From positions 14,436 to 61,744 of the forward strand of contig CAYYOO010000001.1 of the NCBI GenBank assembly GCA_964473335.1: a DNA stretch of 47,309 nucleotides. Direction: 5' to 3'. The notes beneath the pieces are model-generated. The model worked only from the letters and a program-made list of their open reading frames with translations, had not been told where the DNA came from and ran no database searches. Shown piece by piece: positions 1 to 8,947 of this stretch (positions are counted from its first letter, which is position 1; each line of letters starts with the position of its first letter). The stretch is from an uncultured Thermoplasmatales archaeon (lineage in GTDB: Archaea; Thermoplasmatota; E2; DHVEG-1). Both the position numbers and the translations under genes were made by a program.

Positions 1-716
1 ATTATAATTGGTTGATGTAAAAAATAAATTAGAAGGGAATTCCTTCCTAAAAAACAAAAAATTTTTACTAATTTAAAATTAGAAAAATCATTTATATGAA
101 ATCTTCTCTGAGAATTATGATACAAGGTGTTTCCGATAAAAATACCTACTAAAACAACACCAAACCATGGAAAAATAGGAAAATAGTCAACTGAAGAAAA
201 ACCAACTGGTATAAACCCAAGCCAAACAAGAAAATTAAAATCAAAATAATAATTTCTAAGGATTATACCTACTATTATGATAAACAAACCAAAAAAAAGA
301 TTAAAAAACCTATATCTAATAAAAAGAATTGAAAAGATAATAGACAGGCCTATACAGTGAAGTACACCGAATAATATGAATCTATCACCAATTAAGAGAT
401 ATGTAATAAAAGTTATAACTAGGCCAAGGGAAAAAATTTTCAAACCTCTAAAAACAAATTTTTTAATGAGTTGTTTTTTATTAAGATTCAATTTTGATCT
501 ATTAAAACTAAGAGTAAGAGAAATACCAACTAAAAGTAAAAAAGTAGTCCCAATAGGATAAAGAAAGATTTCAAAACCAAGAGAATGGATATTAAAATTA
601 TATACTTTAAAAAAATAGATATCAAAAAAAACATGGTATATTATCATCATGACAATTGCAATACCACGTAAGAAATCGATTTCCCAAAATCTATGGTTCT
701 TAATTTGGTTCAACAT
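1..716 (-). CDS. Polytopic membrane protein, DUF1624 / heparan-alpha-glucosaminide N-acetyltransferase-like family; 3' end cut by the window edge
   Basis: Absent from the ORF track because it runs off the edge. My reverse-complement translation from ATG at 716 stays open for 238 codons down to base 3: MLNQIKNHRFWEIDFLRGIAIVMMIIYHVFFD...FLGRNSLLIYFLHQPII. It has the family-typical N-terminus (RFxEIDxLRGxAI) and many hydrophobic segments. The start lies 2 nt after the stop of the upstream gene. Confidence 0.65.
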   Translation of the reverse strand, partial: MLNQIKNHRFWEIDFLRGIAIVMMIIYHVFFDIYFFKVYNFNIHSLGFEIFLYPIGTTFLLLVGISLTLSFNRSKLNLNKKQLIKKFVFRGLKIFSLGLVITFITYLLIGDRFILFGVLHCIGLSIIFSILFIRYRFFNLFFGLFIIIVGIILRNYYFDFNFLVWLGFIPVGFSSVDYFPIFPWFGVVLVGIFIGNTLYHNSQRRFHINDFSNFKLVKIFCFLGRNSLLIYFLHQPII

Positions 717-718
717 AG

Positions 719-1129
719 CTAAAATAGGTCCATATCGTTGCTAGTGATATGATAAATTCCTTCCATAGTAAGTTCGATTTCATCATTTTTAGAATGCTTC
801 ACAAAACCCTTATCCAATAAATTATCAACAATATATTGTAATTCTTTATCTGTTACTCTCATTTCCTCTTTAACATATTCTGAATCAACATCTTCAAGAT
901 ACATCAACTTTAAAAGCATATTTTCCTTTGCCGATGGCTCATATTTTGTAGTTATAAATTCAGTTTCATCAAACAAATCATCAGATTTTGATACGCGATT
1001 ATCGATTTTTTCAATAATGCTAATCTTATCTAAGGATGTGTCTTTTTTTTCCTTTTTATTTTTTAAAAAATCAAATGGAGATTTTGAATGGTTAATACGA
1101 ATACGTTTTTCCATAATATCCTTACTCAC
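719..1129 (-). CDS. Hypothetical small protein with a possible C-terminal winged-helix domain
   Basis: 136-aa ORF. GGGAGGTGA precedes it, so the start is GTG at 1129 or ATG at 1114. The C-terminal segment VTDKELQYIVDNLLDKGFVKH...IELT resembles a wHTH recognition helix plus wing. It is tightly coupled to the downstream membrane protein. Confidence 0.5.
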   Translation of the reverse strand: MSKDIMEKRIRINHSKSPFDFLKNKKEKKDTSLDKISIIEKIDNRVSKSDDLFDETEFITTKYEPSAKENMLLKLMYLEDVDSEYVKEEMRVTDKELQYIVDNLLDKGFVKHSKNDEIELTMEGIYHITSNDMDLF

Positions 1130-1196
1130 CTCCCAAATTACTAGAACAAATAATAAAAAAGACAGTTAAAAAGATTTGTTTATATTTTAAAGTTAA

Positions 1197-1324
1197 TAGC
1201 GGGGAGTGGATTTGAACCACTGATCTACGGGTTATGGGCCCGTCGGGATCTCCTGGCTACCCCACCCTTATAGACAAACATCAAATGTTGATGTATGTTC
1301 GCTATGATGGGTAGCATCCCCGCA
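1197..1324 (-). tRNA. Initiator-type tRNA-Met (anticodon CAT) with a ~53-nt non-canonical intron between positions 7 and 8
   Basis: The reverse complement reads TGCGGGG-[ATGCTACCCATCATAGCG...TCTATAAGGG]-TGGGGTAGCCAGGAGATCCCGACGGGCCCATAACCCGTAGATCAGTGGTTCAAATCCACTCCCCGCTA. It shows the anticodon arm ACGGG/CCCATAA/CCCGT with three G-C pairs, the T-arm AGTGG/TTCAAAT/CCACT, and an acceptor 3' strand CCCCGCT complementary to the distal GCGGGG. Confidence 0.8.
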
Positions 1325-1476
1325 AAGAAATTTTGCGACTTTATGCGAATATATTACTCATACTTAAACTTAATACTTATTATTTTCGGATTATATAAAT
1401 TTTAAAAAATCTGAATTACAAAAAAAGTATTATAAACCATAAACTTGATAAGATAACTAGGGAGGTTGAAAAATAA

Positions 1477-1680
1477 ATGGGTATAAAAACTCATTTGGTG
1501 AAAAAAATTTCAAGAAACAAAATTGTTTGCACAAACTGTGACAATCAAATAGACAAAGGAAAAACATATCATCTTGAGGAAGGAGTATCAGAGCACCTGC
1601 ATTCACTTCTTGCACGTAAATATTGTTCAGATTGCTATGCTAAATATGGTGAAAAAAAACTTTTAAAATCAGATAAATAA
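1477..1680 (+). CDS. Small zinc-ribbon-like protein (CxxC...CxxC), function unknown
   Basis: 67-aa ORF with CTNC and CSDC pairs. A GGGAGGT SD lies about 10 nt upstream of the ATG. Confidence 0.55.
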   Translation: MGIKTHLVKKISRNKIVCTNCDNQIDKGKTYHLEEGVSEHLHSLLARKYCSDCYAKYGEKKLLKSDK

Positions 1681-1751
1681 CATAATTTCATTGTTTTTGT
1701 AAATTGTAAAAAACTTTTTGAGTAACTTTCATATTAGAGGTCCTAATCTTT

Positions 1752-1834
1752 GCAGGGGTACCCGAGCGGTCAAAGGGGCAGGGCTTAGGACCCTGTGACG
1801 TAGGTCTTCGAGCGTTCGAATCGCTCCCCCTGCA
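1752..1834 (+). tRNA. tRNA-Leu (anticodon TAG), class II with a long variable arm
   Basis: GCAGGGG acceptor pairs with CCCCTGC. Anticodon arm is CAGGG/CTTAGGA/CCCTG, variable arm TGACGTAGGTCTTC, T-arm GAGCG/TTCGAAT/CGCTC, discriminator A. Confidence 0.9.
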
Positions 1835-1881
1835 TCAATAATTCAAAAAATATAAGTCTAGCAATCTTTTTACAATATGAT

Positions 1882-2157
1882 ATGGAAAAAAGTTGGAAAT
1901 ATTTCTTTATTGCAATGCTAATATCTGGAATTATAATGATTTTGCCAACTATTTATGTAATAAATTCCATTCCTTTGTATGTTGCTGAACCAAATTCAGA
2001 ATCAGGTTTAATCGGCAATCAAAAACCAGGATGGCCTATGGAATTATATGTACAATTTTTAGGATTAATAGTGAGCTTTTGTACATTAACAATTAGTTTA
2101 TTTTTTGTTTTAAAAATACTTATAAAAATTAAAAGTAATCTGGTGAAAAAACTTTGA
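1882..2157 (+). CDS. Small membrane protein (2-3 TM)
   Basis: 91-aa hydrophobic ORF. Its TGA overlaps the TTG start of the next gene (TTGA). Confidence 0.45.
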   Translation: MEKSWKYFFIAMLISGIIMILPTIYVINSIPLYVAEPNSESGLIGNQKPGWPMELYVQFLGLIVSFCTLTISLFFVLKILIKIKSNLVKKL

Positions 2158-2696
2158 AAATTATTGCTTTTGCAGGTATGCCTTTTTCAGGAAAAAGCGA
2201 AGCAGTAAAAATTGCAAAAGAAAAAAATATTTCAGTTATAAGAATGGGAGATATGGTCTGGGAGGAAACAAAAAAGAAGGGTCTAGAAATAAATGATTCA
2301 AATGTCGGAAAAGTTGCAAATGATATGAGAAAAACTCATGGAATGGATATTTGGGCAAAGAAAACATTTGAAAAAATCAAAGAAATTAGAAATAAAGAAA
2401 AACTTGTAATCGATGGCATTAGAAACAGTGAAGAAGTTGATTTTTTCAAAGAAAAACTTGGGTCTGATTTTATAATAGTCGCTGTAACTGTATCAGATGA
2501 AGAAAGATATAAAAGGGCAATGAATAGAAATAGAGCTGATGACAGTAAAGACCTTGAAAAAATCAAAAATAGAGACAAGCGTGAACTATCCTGGGGTCTG
2601 GATAAAGTAATAAGAAATGCCGACATCAAAATATCAAATGAAGATGATATTGAAAAATTCAGATCTGAAATAAAAAATCTATTTGATAATCTATAA
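2154..2696 (+). CDS. P-loop nucleotide kinase, archaeal UPF0200 family (dephospho-CoA kinase / adenylate kinase-like)
   Basis: Walker A in AGMPFSGKS at the N-terminus. IDGIRNSEEVDFF and RDKRELSWGL motifs are typical of UPF0200 proteins. 180 aa. Confidence 0.65.
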   Translation: MKIIAFAGMPFSGKSEAVKIAKEKNISVIRMGDMVWEETKKKGLEINDSNVGKVANDMRKTHGMDIWAKKTFEKIKEIRNKEKLVIDGIRNSEEVDFFKEKLGSDFIIVAVTVSDEERYKRAMNRNRADDSKDLEKIKNRDKRELSWGLDKVIRNADIKISNEDDIEKFRSEIKNLFDNL

Positions 2697-2777
2697 TTAT
2701 TTTCAATTTCTAAGAAAATAAGTACAGGGGAAGGGATATAAACCTCAAAACACCGGTACAATATGATAAATTTTATC

Positions 2778-3104
2778 CTATCTAAATACAAAATATGAGG
2801 CAATAACAAATATAATTAGCCCAATTGATATTCTAACTAAAACATATATAACAGCCATTTCAGCAACTATTTTCTTATCAATTTTAGGATAAAGGTCTCT
2901 ACCATATTTAATTTTATATCTTTCGTTTCTAACATTATCAAGCATAAGAGCCCCAGTAGATATTAAACATAAACCTGTTAACAAACTTATTAAAGAAAAA
3001 ATCTCACCAGGATAAAAAATCCATATAACAGAAAAACATAAACCAACCAATATCAAAACAATACCAAATATTGTTTTATTTTTAATTGACATTCTCTTAA
3101 ACAT
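2778..3104 (-). CDS. Small membrane protein (3 TM)
   Basis: 108-aa hydrophobic ORF with no recognisable family. Confidence 0.45.
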   Translation of the reverse strand: MFKRMSIKNKTIFGIVLILVGLCFSVIWIFYPGEIFSLISLLTGLCLISTGALMLDNVRNERYKIKYGRDLYPKIDKKIVAEMAVIYVLVRISIGLIIFVIASYFVFR

Positions 3105-3154
3105 AAGAAGAAATTATATTTACTTACTATAAAGTTATTTCTAATTTTAAATAG

Positions 3155-3177
3155 AAATCATGCAGGAGAAGGGATTT
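3155..3177. repeat. Copy 1 of a perfect 23-nt direct repeat AAATCATGCAGGAGAAGGGATTT (reverse complement resembles a tRNA T-stem, acceptor 3' strand and trailer)
   Basis: Identical 23-mer at 6183..6205. The reverse complement AAATCCCTTCTCCTGCATGATTT has the form T-loop end, T-stem, 7-nt acceptor strand, discriminator A. Confidence 0.85.
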
Positions 3178-3351
3178 TAACCGGGTTTCACCTGTGAAAA
3201 AATAAAGATTTCTCCTGTTGAACTGAAAAATACATTTTTCAAAAAAACCAATTTTATTAACTCTTTGTTAAAAAATTTTGAAATAAAATATTTATAGGCT
3301 AAAATAAAAATATGGCTAATGTAAAAAACCAAAATAAAAAGGTGAAAAAAA

Positions 3352-5244
3352 ATGATTAAAAAAATTATACTAATCGGGCTTACTATTACAATATTATCAC
3401 TAAATATCACAATGATAAATATATCTGCAGATGAAACTAATGACTACGACAAATTTATCGGACTCTGGAAGTTAGATCGTTTTCCTGAAATAAATGGAAC
3501 CAGCACATATAGATTCTTCTCAAACGGTAGTTTTGAAGTTCTTTCTACGGAGTATAGAATTGAAAATATTTTAGGTAGATATTATAAAGGAAATTGGAGA
3601 GTTGAGAACGGAAAGTTAATAACAGAGTATAAAATTGACTCATCAATCTGTACAAGTATAAAGAAGTATTATTTCTCTGATAACTACCAAGAATTAACTT
3701 TAGTTGAATCAAATGATATTGTTTTAAAAAAAGCAGATAATGAAAAAGACATAACTGGTTGGATCTATGGGCGAGTTCAAGATAAAAATAATAACCCAGT
3801 TGAAGGATTAAATATCAATATTCTACTAGATTCTGAAGAAAACATCAATAATTCTATATATGCAACAAAAACAGATGAAAATGGATATTACAATATATCT
3901 GTTCAAGTAGGAAAATATTATGTTACTTCAGCAAATAGTTCTTACTCTGTTTTTAAGAAATTTTCTAATTCTTTTTTTAGTAGGGGTTATGTTGGAGAAG
4001 GAACAGTAATTGAAGTTAAAACAAAAAAATCAATAGAAGTTAATTTTAAAGAAAGCCTTGTTAAGCCATTTCAAATCCCGGAACCTTCTTATTACAACGT
4101 TAGTGGAAAAGTCTTTAGTGAATCCTCAGATAATATTAAACAAACAATATCTAACGCAATGATAAAAGTATATTCTTCTTTTACTCCTTGGTCTGAATTA
4201 TTAAAATGTATTTATACAGATGAAAATGGTAACTACAGAATTTCACTACAAACAGGTCATTATAAATTTCAGATAAGTGCTAAAAATCATCAGACATGTA
4301 GACCTATTGAGATAAAGATAACAAAGGATACTGAAATTAATTTTAATTTGACACCTAAACTAAATCCTGATGATGGAAATATTCATGGAACTGTTTATAG
4401 AATTAAAGAAAATGTTGATTTATCAAAGATTGATAATACAAGCAAAATTTACAATATGTCAAAAACCCCTCTAAAAAGTGCCGTTATAACTTTTTCTTCT
4501 ATACCTGGTTACAATAATATAACTAAAAGATACACTATATATACAAATGAAAACGGAGAGTATTTCCTAAGTCTTAGACCTGATTTTTACAGTTTTGGTA
4601 CATGGCATAAAAATAAAAATTATTCCAACATATATCCTTCAACGAGTCCTTTGCATCAATCCTGCCCTATAATAATAGAAGAGAATCAAGAAACAAAATT
4701 TGATATTTTTCTATATAACAAACCAAGTCCGACAATTGATATAATTAAATTTGAAGAACTTGGAGGAAAAATAAAAATAACTAAAGAAAGTGAAAATAAA
4801 TATAACCACACAATTGAAATTGTTAATGATTCTATGAAAATTGATCCAATAGAAATTTCTTCAGATAAACTATCTATAAAAGTGAATGGCGATGAAAATG
4901 CAACAGGGAAAACAATGGTTATAGATATAGACGAAAATGTATTTGATGTCAATTCAAAGATAAAAATAAAATACGACGGTCAAAAAATAAATAGAGCAAA
5001 GAATATAACTGACATCCAAAATCCAAACGATGATGGTTCGAATCCAGAGTATTTTATTATAAAAGATAAAAACGGGATGCATATCCTTGTAAGTATTCCT
5101 CATTTCAGTGAACATGAAATAACAATTTATTCTATTGTAGAAGCAATTGGTGGTATTACAGCTTTGATAATATATATCGGAGTTTTTTCAACTCTTGGTA
5201 TTATGTATATTGCTCCTTTTTTCCTTGTTAGAAAAAGTAAGTAA
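3352..5244 (+). CDS. Secreted, C-terminally membrane-anchored surface protein with repeated carboxypeptidase-regulatory-like (CarboxypepD_reg) beta-sandwich modules
   Basis: N-terminal signal/TM segment. The motif recurs as TDENGYYNISVQVGKYYV, TDENGNYRISLQTGHYKF and TNENGEYFLSLRPDFYSF. Many N-x-S/T sequons. C-terminal TM plus basic tail (FFLVRKSK). Confidence 0.6.
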   Translation: MIKKIILIGLTITILSLNITMINISADETNDYDKFIGLWKLDRFPEINGTSTYRFFSNGSFEVLSTEYRIENILGRYYKGNWRVENGKLITEYKIDSSICTSIKKYYFSDNYQELTLVESNDIVLKKADNEKDITGWIYGRVQDKNNNPVEGLNINILLDSEENINNSIYATKTDENGYYNISVQVGKYYVTSANSSYSVFKKFSNSFFSRGYVGEGTVIEVKTKKSIEVNFKESLVKPFQIPEPSYYNVSGKVFSESSDNIKQTISNAMIKVYSSFTPWSELLKCIYTDENGNYRISLQTGHYKFQISAKNHQTCRPIEIKITKDTEINFNLTPKLNPDDGNIHGTVYRIKENVDLSKIDNTSKIYNMSKTPLKSAVITFSSIPGYNNITKRYTIYTNENGEYFLSLRPDFYSFGTWHKNKNYSNIYPSTSPLHQSCPIIIEENQETKFDIFLYNKPSPTIDIIKFEELGGKIKITKESENKYNHTIEIVNDSMKIDPIEISSDKLSIKVNGDENATGKTMVIDIDENVFDVNSKIKIKYDGQKINRAKNITDIQNPNDDGSNPEYFIIKDKNGMHILVSIPHFSEHEITIYSIVEAIGGITALIIYIGVFSTLGIMYIAPFFLVRKSK

Positions 5245-5290
5245 ATATTAAATTTGAAGTGAAGATTCATTATACTGAAGGTGGATTTGG

Positions 5291-5557
5291 ATGGAACTGG
5301 AATATATCGTAATTAGTGCTGCTATATCTATTAACTCCTTGATTCTTTTAATAGCATCATTACTGAGTTTTCGTAAATATAAAAATAAAAAACTTCTTTT
5401 TGTTATTATAGCATTTTTATTCTTTTTTATAAGGGGAGTTCTACTTAGTATAAGTTTGTTTTATGAACCTTTATCGATAATAAAGTCTGGATACTATATT
5501 TGGATCATAGATATCATAATTCTCAATACACTATACCTAGCCTCACTTAAGAGATAG
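5291..5557 (+). CDS. Small membrane protein (3 TM)
   Basis: 88-aa hydrophobic ORF with AAGGTGG upstream. Ends 5 nt before the next gene. Confidence 0.45.
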   Translation: MELEYIVISAAISINSLILLIASLLSFRKYKNKKLLFVIIAFLFFFIRGVLLSISLFYEPLSIIKSGYYIWIIDIIILNTLYLASLKR

Positions 5558-5562
5558 TTAAT

Positions 5563-6084
5563 ATGTCTGAAACTCTTGAATTAGAAAATCAGAAAAAAAT
5601 TTATCTTCTTATTTCAAAACAACCGGGTCTGAGTCTTAGCAAAATTGCTGACATACTTAAGATTAGTATTGAACTGGCAAGATATCATTTACAGTATTTA
5701 GAGAAAAATGATTTATTATCTAGTTCAAAAGACGAGGGGTTTAGACGGTATTATTTAAAAGGAGAAATAGGTATAGAAGATAAAAAATTTTTATCATTAT
5801 TCCGTCAGGAAATGTTGTTGAAAATTGTGTTATTTCTGATAAAGAATCCTTATTCTCGTCATAAAGAGATACTTAAAACAATTAATATAAAATCAAAACC
5901 TTTACTAACATATTATTTAAAAAAATTGCTTAAAAAAAAATTAATTGAGGCACATGGAAAAAGCAGAGAGCGAAGATTTGTTGTCGTAAATGAAAAAGAG
6001 ATTATTAGATTCTTGGTAAAATATGAACCATATAATATTCTAGAGGGAATCTCTGATACATGGATCGATTTTAGTATTAAGTGA
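5563..6084 (+). CDS. Winged-helix (ArsR/TrmB-like) transcriptional regulator, apparently two wHTH modules
   Basis: LSLSKIADILKISIELARYHLQYLEKNDLL followed by RRYYLK (wing). A second similar module is SRHKEILKTINIKSKPLLTYYLKKLLKKKLIE. Confidence 0.6.
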   Translation: MSETLELENQKKIYLLISKQPGLSLSKIADILKISIELARYHLQYLEKNDLLSSSKDEGFRRYYLKGEIGIEDKKFLSLFRQEMLLKIVLFLIKNPYSRHKEILKTINIKSKPLLTYYLKKLLKKKLIEAHGKSRERRFVVVNEKEIIRFLVKYEPYNILEGISDTWIDFSIK

Positions 6085-6182
6085 ATAATCATATGTAATT
6101 TTAACTAATTAACAAATTTGATATTAGATCTTTGTTCCAAAATACAGACTAATTTTTATATTTAATTTAGATTTCACCGGTA

Positions 6183-6205
6183 AAATCATGCAGGAGAAGG
6201 GATTT
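6183..6205. repeat. Copy 2 of the perfect 23-nt direct repeat AAATCATGCAGGAGAAGGGATTT
   Basis: Exact match to 3155..3177, 3028 bp away in the same orientation. Confidence 0.85.
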
Positions 6206-6321
6206 GAGCATTTGGGCTTTATGTTTAAAAAATTTTTTTTATACAATAATATTTTTTTTCCAAAACAATAAGTTTTATTAGTATATTTTTAATCCTTGGC
6301 TTGTAAGGGGAATTAATCTTT

Positions 6322-6570
6322 ATGTTTGAAGCTAAAATTAAAGTTGATTTAAAAAAAGGAGTATCTGATCCGGAAGGAGTAAACACTTTAAAAGCATTAA
6401 AACTGCTTGGTTTTGAAAATGTAATTGAAGCAAAGACCACAAGAACTTTTGAGCTTTTAATTGATGGGAAAAACAAAGAATCAGTAAAAAAAGATGTAGA
6501 GCAGATGTGCCAAAGGCTTCTTACAAACCCTGTAATACATTCTTATGAAATAATGATTAACAAGAAATAA
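6322..6570 (+). CDS. purS: Phosphoribosylformylglycinamidine synthase subunit PurS
   Basis: 82 aa. VxDPEG motif (KKGVSDPEGVNTLKALKLLGF), size, and position directly upstream of purL. AAGGGG SD. Confidence 0.85.
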   Translation: MFEAKIKVDLKKGVSDPEGVNTLKALKLLGFENVIEAKTTRTFELLIDGKNKESVKKDVEQMCQRLLTNPVIHSYEIMINKK

Positions 6571-6583
6571 TTGAGGAATTTAG

Positions 6584-8935
6584 TTGGATTTAGACAGATT
6601 ATTTATAAAAAAATGTAAAGACTTTGATTGTTTTGAAATCAATCTAAAATCTGCATCAGATAATGAGCTAAAGGCAATTAGTGAAAAACTAGGAATCGCA
6701 CTTGCACTTCCCGAGATGAAAAGAATCAAGGATTACTTTAATTCTAAAAACAGAAATCCAACTGATATAGAGCTTGAAGCTTTAGGACAAGCTTGGAGCG
6801 AGCACTGCTGCTATAAATCAAGTAAAGTTCCACTTCAAAAATATGTATTTGGAATAGAAGAAGACAAAATCGTTGCTCGCGAAGATGCTGGTGTTGTTGA
6901 ATTTGACAAGGATCATTATTATTGTGCAGCACTAGAATCACACAATCATCCGTCAGCAGTAGAACCATATGGTGGTGCTGCAACAGGAGTTGGTGGAATT
7001 GTTAGAGATATTTGCTGCATGGGTGCTCAGCCTATTGCATATATTGATCCATTATTTTTTGGACCTTTAGACTTACCGCAAAAAGATGTACCAAAAGGCA
7101 CTAAACATCCGAGATTTCTTTTTAAGGGAGTTGTCGACGGAATTAGAGATTATGGAAACAGAATAGGTATTCCAACACTATCAGGTCAAGTATGTTTTCA
7201 CAAAGGCTACACTGGAAATTGCCTTGTAAATGTTGGCTGTGTAGGAATCATGAAAAAAGAAGAAATGATACATAGCAGAGCAAAGGCACCAGGAAACATC
7301 TACATTTATGTCGGTGGAAAGACTGGTCGTGATGGCATACATGGTGTAACATTTGCAAGTGCAGAACTAGATGAAGGTTCAGAAGAAACAAGTAGATCTG
7401 CAGTGCAAGTAGGAGACCCTATTACAAAAGAACCAGTAATTCATGTAACACTTGAATGCAATAGAAAAGGGCTTTTAGAAGGGTTGAAAGATTTTGGCGG
7501 AGGAGGACTATCTTGTGTTGCTGGGGAACTAGCTTATGATGCAGGATTTGGTGCTGAAATTCACCTTGATAATGTTCCATTAAAAGAAGAGGGACTTTCA
7601 CCTTGGGAGATATGGGTATCTGAAAGCCAGGAACGTATGATGTTTCTTGTTGCACCTGAAAATATAGAAAAGGTTCTACATATCTGCAAACAGTGGGATG
7701 TAACAGCTGTTGAAGTTGGAAAGGTCATTCCTGAAAAGATTACAAGAGTATTTTACAAAGGTGAAAAAATCCTTGAGATGGATATGGACTTTTACACAGG
7801 CGGTCCAGTTTATGATACATGCGAGCGGCCTTTTAAAATTCCAAAAAAGATAGATGAAAAAGATCCAGATTTTGAAATGCCTGATCTAAATAAAACTCTA
7901 TTAAAGATACTGAAAAATCCAAATATTGCATCTAAAGAATGGGTAATCAGACAATACGACCATGAAGTACGTGGAAATACTGTTATAAAACCCCTGCAGG
8001 GAAAAATTAATCTTGAAGGACACGGTGATGCAACTGTCTTAAAACCATTAAAAGACAGCTTCCGAGGTCTAGCAGTCACATCAAATGTTAACCCAAGATT
8101 CATGGAAAGAGATCCATATAACGGAGCAGTATCCGCAATTGATGAAAACTGTAGAAACTTAGTTTCTGTTGGTGCAAAACCAGATGCTCTACTTGATTGC
8201 TTAAACTTTGGCAATCCTGAAAAAGCTGAAAGGATGGGTGAATTTTATGAGGCATGTAAGGGTCTAGGAGACTCTGCAAGAGAACTAAAACTACCCTTTA
8301 TGTCTGGAAATGTGAGTTTTTATAATGAATCAGTTAAAACATCTGTTCCACCAACCCCACAAATAACTAGCATCGGAATTGTTGAAGATATCAGAAAATG
8401 CGTTACATCTGATTTTAAGAGCGAAGGAAATCATATTTATTTAGTCGGTAAAGAAACTGAAAAAGAAATGGGTGGATCTGAATATTATAATGCACTTGAT
8501 TTAGATGGAGGAAGTGTTCCAAAAAGTAATACTAAAATTCTTAAAAACTGTATGAATGGAATTCTTTCTTCAATTAATAAAGAGTTGATCTCATCTTGTC
8601 ATGATGTAAGTGAAGGTGGAATTGCAGTATGTCTTTCTGAGATGTCAATTGGTGGAGACATTGGCTGTGAAATAGACCTATCTAAGATTGGAGAAAAATT
8701 AAGATCTGATTTCAAACTTTTTTCAGAATCAAATACTAGGTGGGTTGTTGAAGTTAAAAAAGATAAACTCGAAGAATTTGAAAAAAACCTAAAAGATAAT
8801 AATACTCCCTTTATTAATATTGGAAAGACAAAGTCAGATAGATTAGTAATTAAAGATAATAAAAAAATAATTGACCTAGAAATCGATGAGGTTAGAGATA
8901 TCTGGAAAAACACTATCTGGAATATAATGGGCTAA
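6584..8935 (+). CDS. purL: Phosphoribosylformylglycinamidine synthase II (FGAM synthase large subunit PurL)
   Basis: 783 aa. Motifs [33 protein letters not shown] and DFGGGGLS are typical of PurL. The track start is TTG. Confidence 0.9.
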   Translation: MDLDRLFIKKCKDFDCFEINLKSASDNELKAISEKLGIALALPEMKRIKDYFNSKNRNPTDIELEALGQAWSEHCCYKSSKVPLQKYVFGIEEDKIVAREDAGVVEFDKDHYYCAALESHNHPSAVEPYGGAATGVGGIVRDICCMGAQPIAYIDPLFFGPLDLPQKDVPKGTKHPRFLFKGVVDGIRDYGNRIGIPTLSGQVCFHKGYTGNCLVNVGCVGIMKKEEMIHSRAKAPGNIYIYVGGKTGRDGIHGVTFASAELDEGSEETSRSAVQVGDPITKEPVIHVTLECNRKGLLEGLKDFGGGGLSCVAGELAYDAGFGAEIHLDNVPLKEEGLSPWEIWVSESQERMMFLVAPENIEKVLHICKQWDVTAVEVGKVIPEKITRVFYKGEKILEMDMDFYTGGPVYDTCERPFKIPKKIDEKDPDFEMPDLNKTLLKILKNPNIASKEWVIRQYDHEVRGNTVIKPLQGKINLEGHGDATVLKPLKDSFRGLAVTSNVNPRFMERDPYNGAVSAIDENCRNLVSVGAKPDALLDCLNFGNPEKAERMGEFYEACKGLGDSARELKLPFMSGNVSFYNESVKTSVPPTPQITSIGIVEDIRKCVTSDFKSEGNHIYLVGKETEKEMGGSEYYNALDLDGGSVPKSNTKILKNCMNGILSSINKELISSCHDVSEGGIAVCLSEMSIGGDIGCEIDLSKIGEKLRSDFKLFSESNTRWVVEVKKDKLEEFEKNLKDNNTPFINIGKTKSDRLVIKDNKKIIDLEIDEVRDIWKNTIWNIMG

Positions 8936-8947
8936 TTAGGTAAAAAA

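Noticed and set aside
376-561. 61-aa + strand ORF from the track
   Set aside because: It lies entirely antisense to the 238-codon membrane-protein frame (1..716, - strand). Its translation is K/I/L/F-rich AT-bias noise.
2336-2809. 157-aa - strand ORF
   Set aside because: Antisense to the well-supported UPF0200 kinase gene. The product is a low-complexity S/L/F/I-rich sequence typical of the reverse frame of K/E-rich genes.
3159-3179. The shared repeat begins with ATGCAGGAGAAGGGATTT, which could be read as a conserved gene start (MQEKGF)
   Set aside because: In copy 1 the frame stops after 6 codons, and in copy 2 after about 19 codons of AT-rich sequence. The conservation is therefore at the nucleotide level, not the protein level.
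3177-3410. 77-aa - strand ORF overlapping the start of the 630-aa gene
   Set aside because: Phe/Ile-rich translation of an AT-rich promoter region. It overlaps the 5' end of a better-supported gene and the repeat-associated hairpin. No SD.
6225-6476. 83-aa - strand ORF
   Set aside because: Antisense to purS, which has clear family motifs and an SD.
7810-8214. 134-aa - strand ORF; also 6744-6983, 7422-7655 and 8599-8913
   Set aside because: All lie inside and antisense to purL, and none has recognisable motifs.
6322-8935. purS-purL without purQ, considered as a possible anomaly
   Set aside because: purQ is often encoded elsewhere. Absence from this window carries no information.
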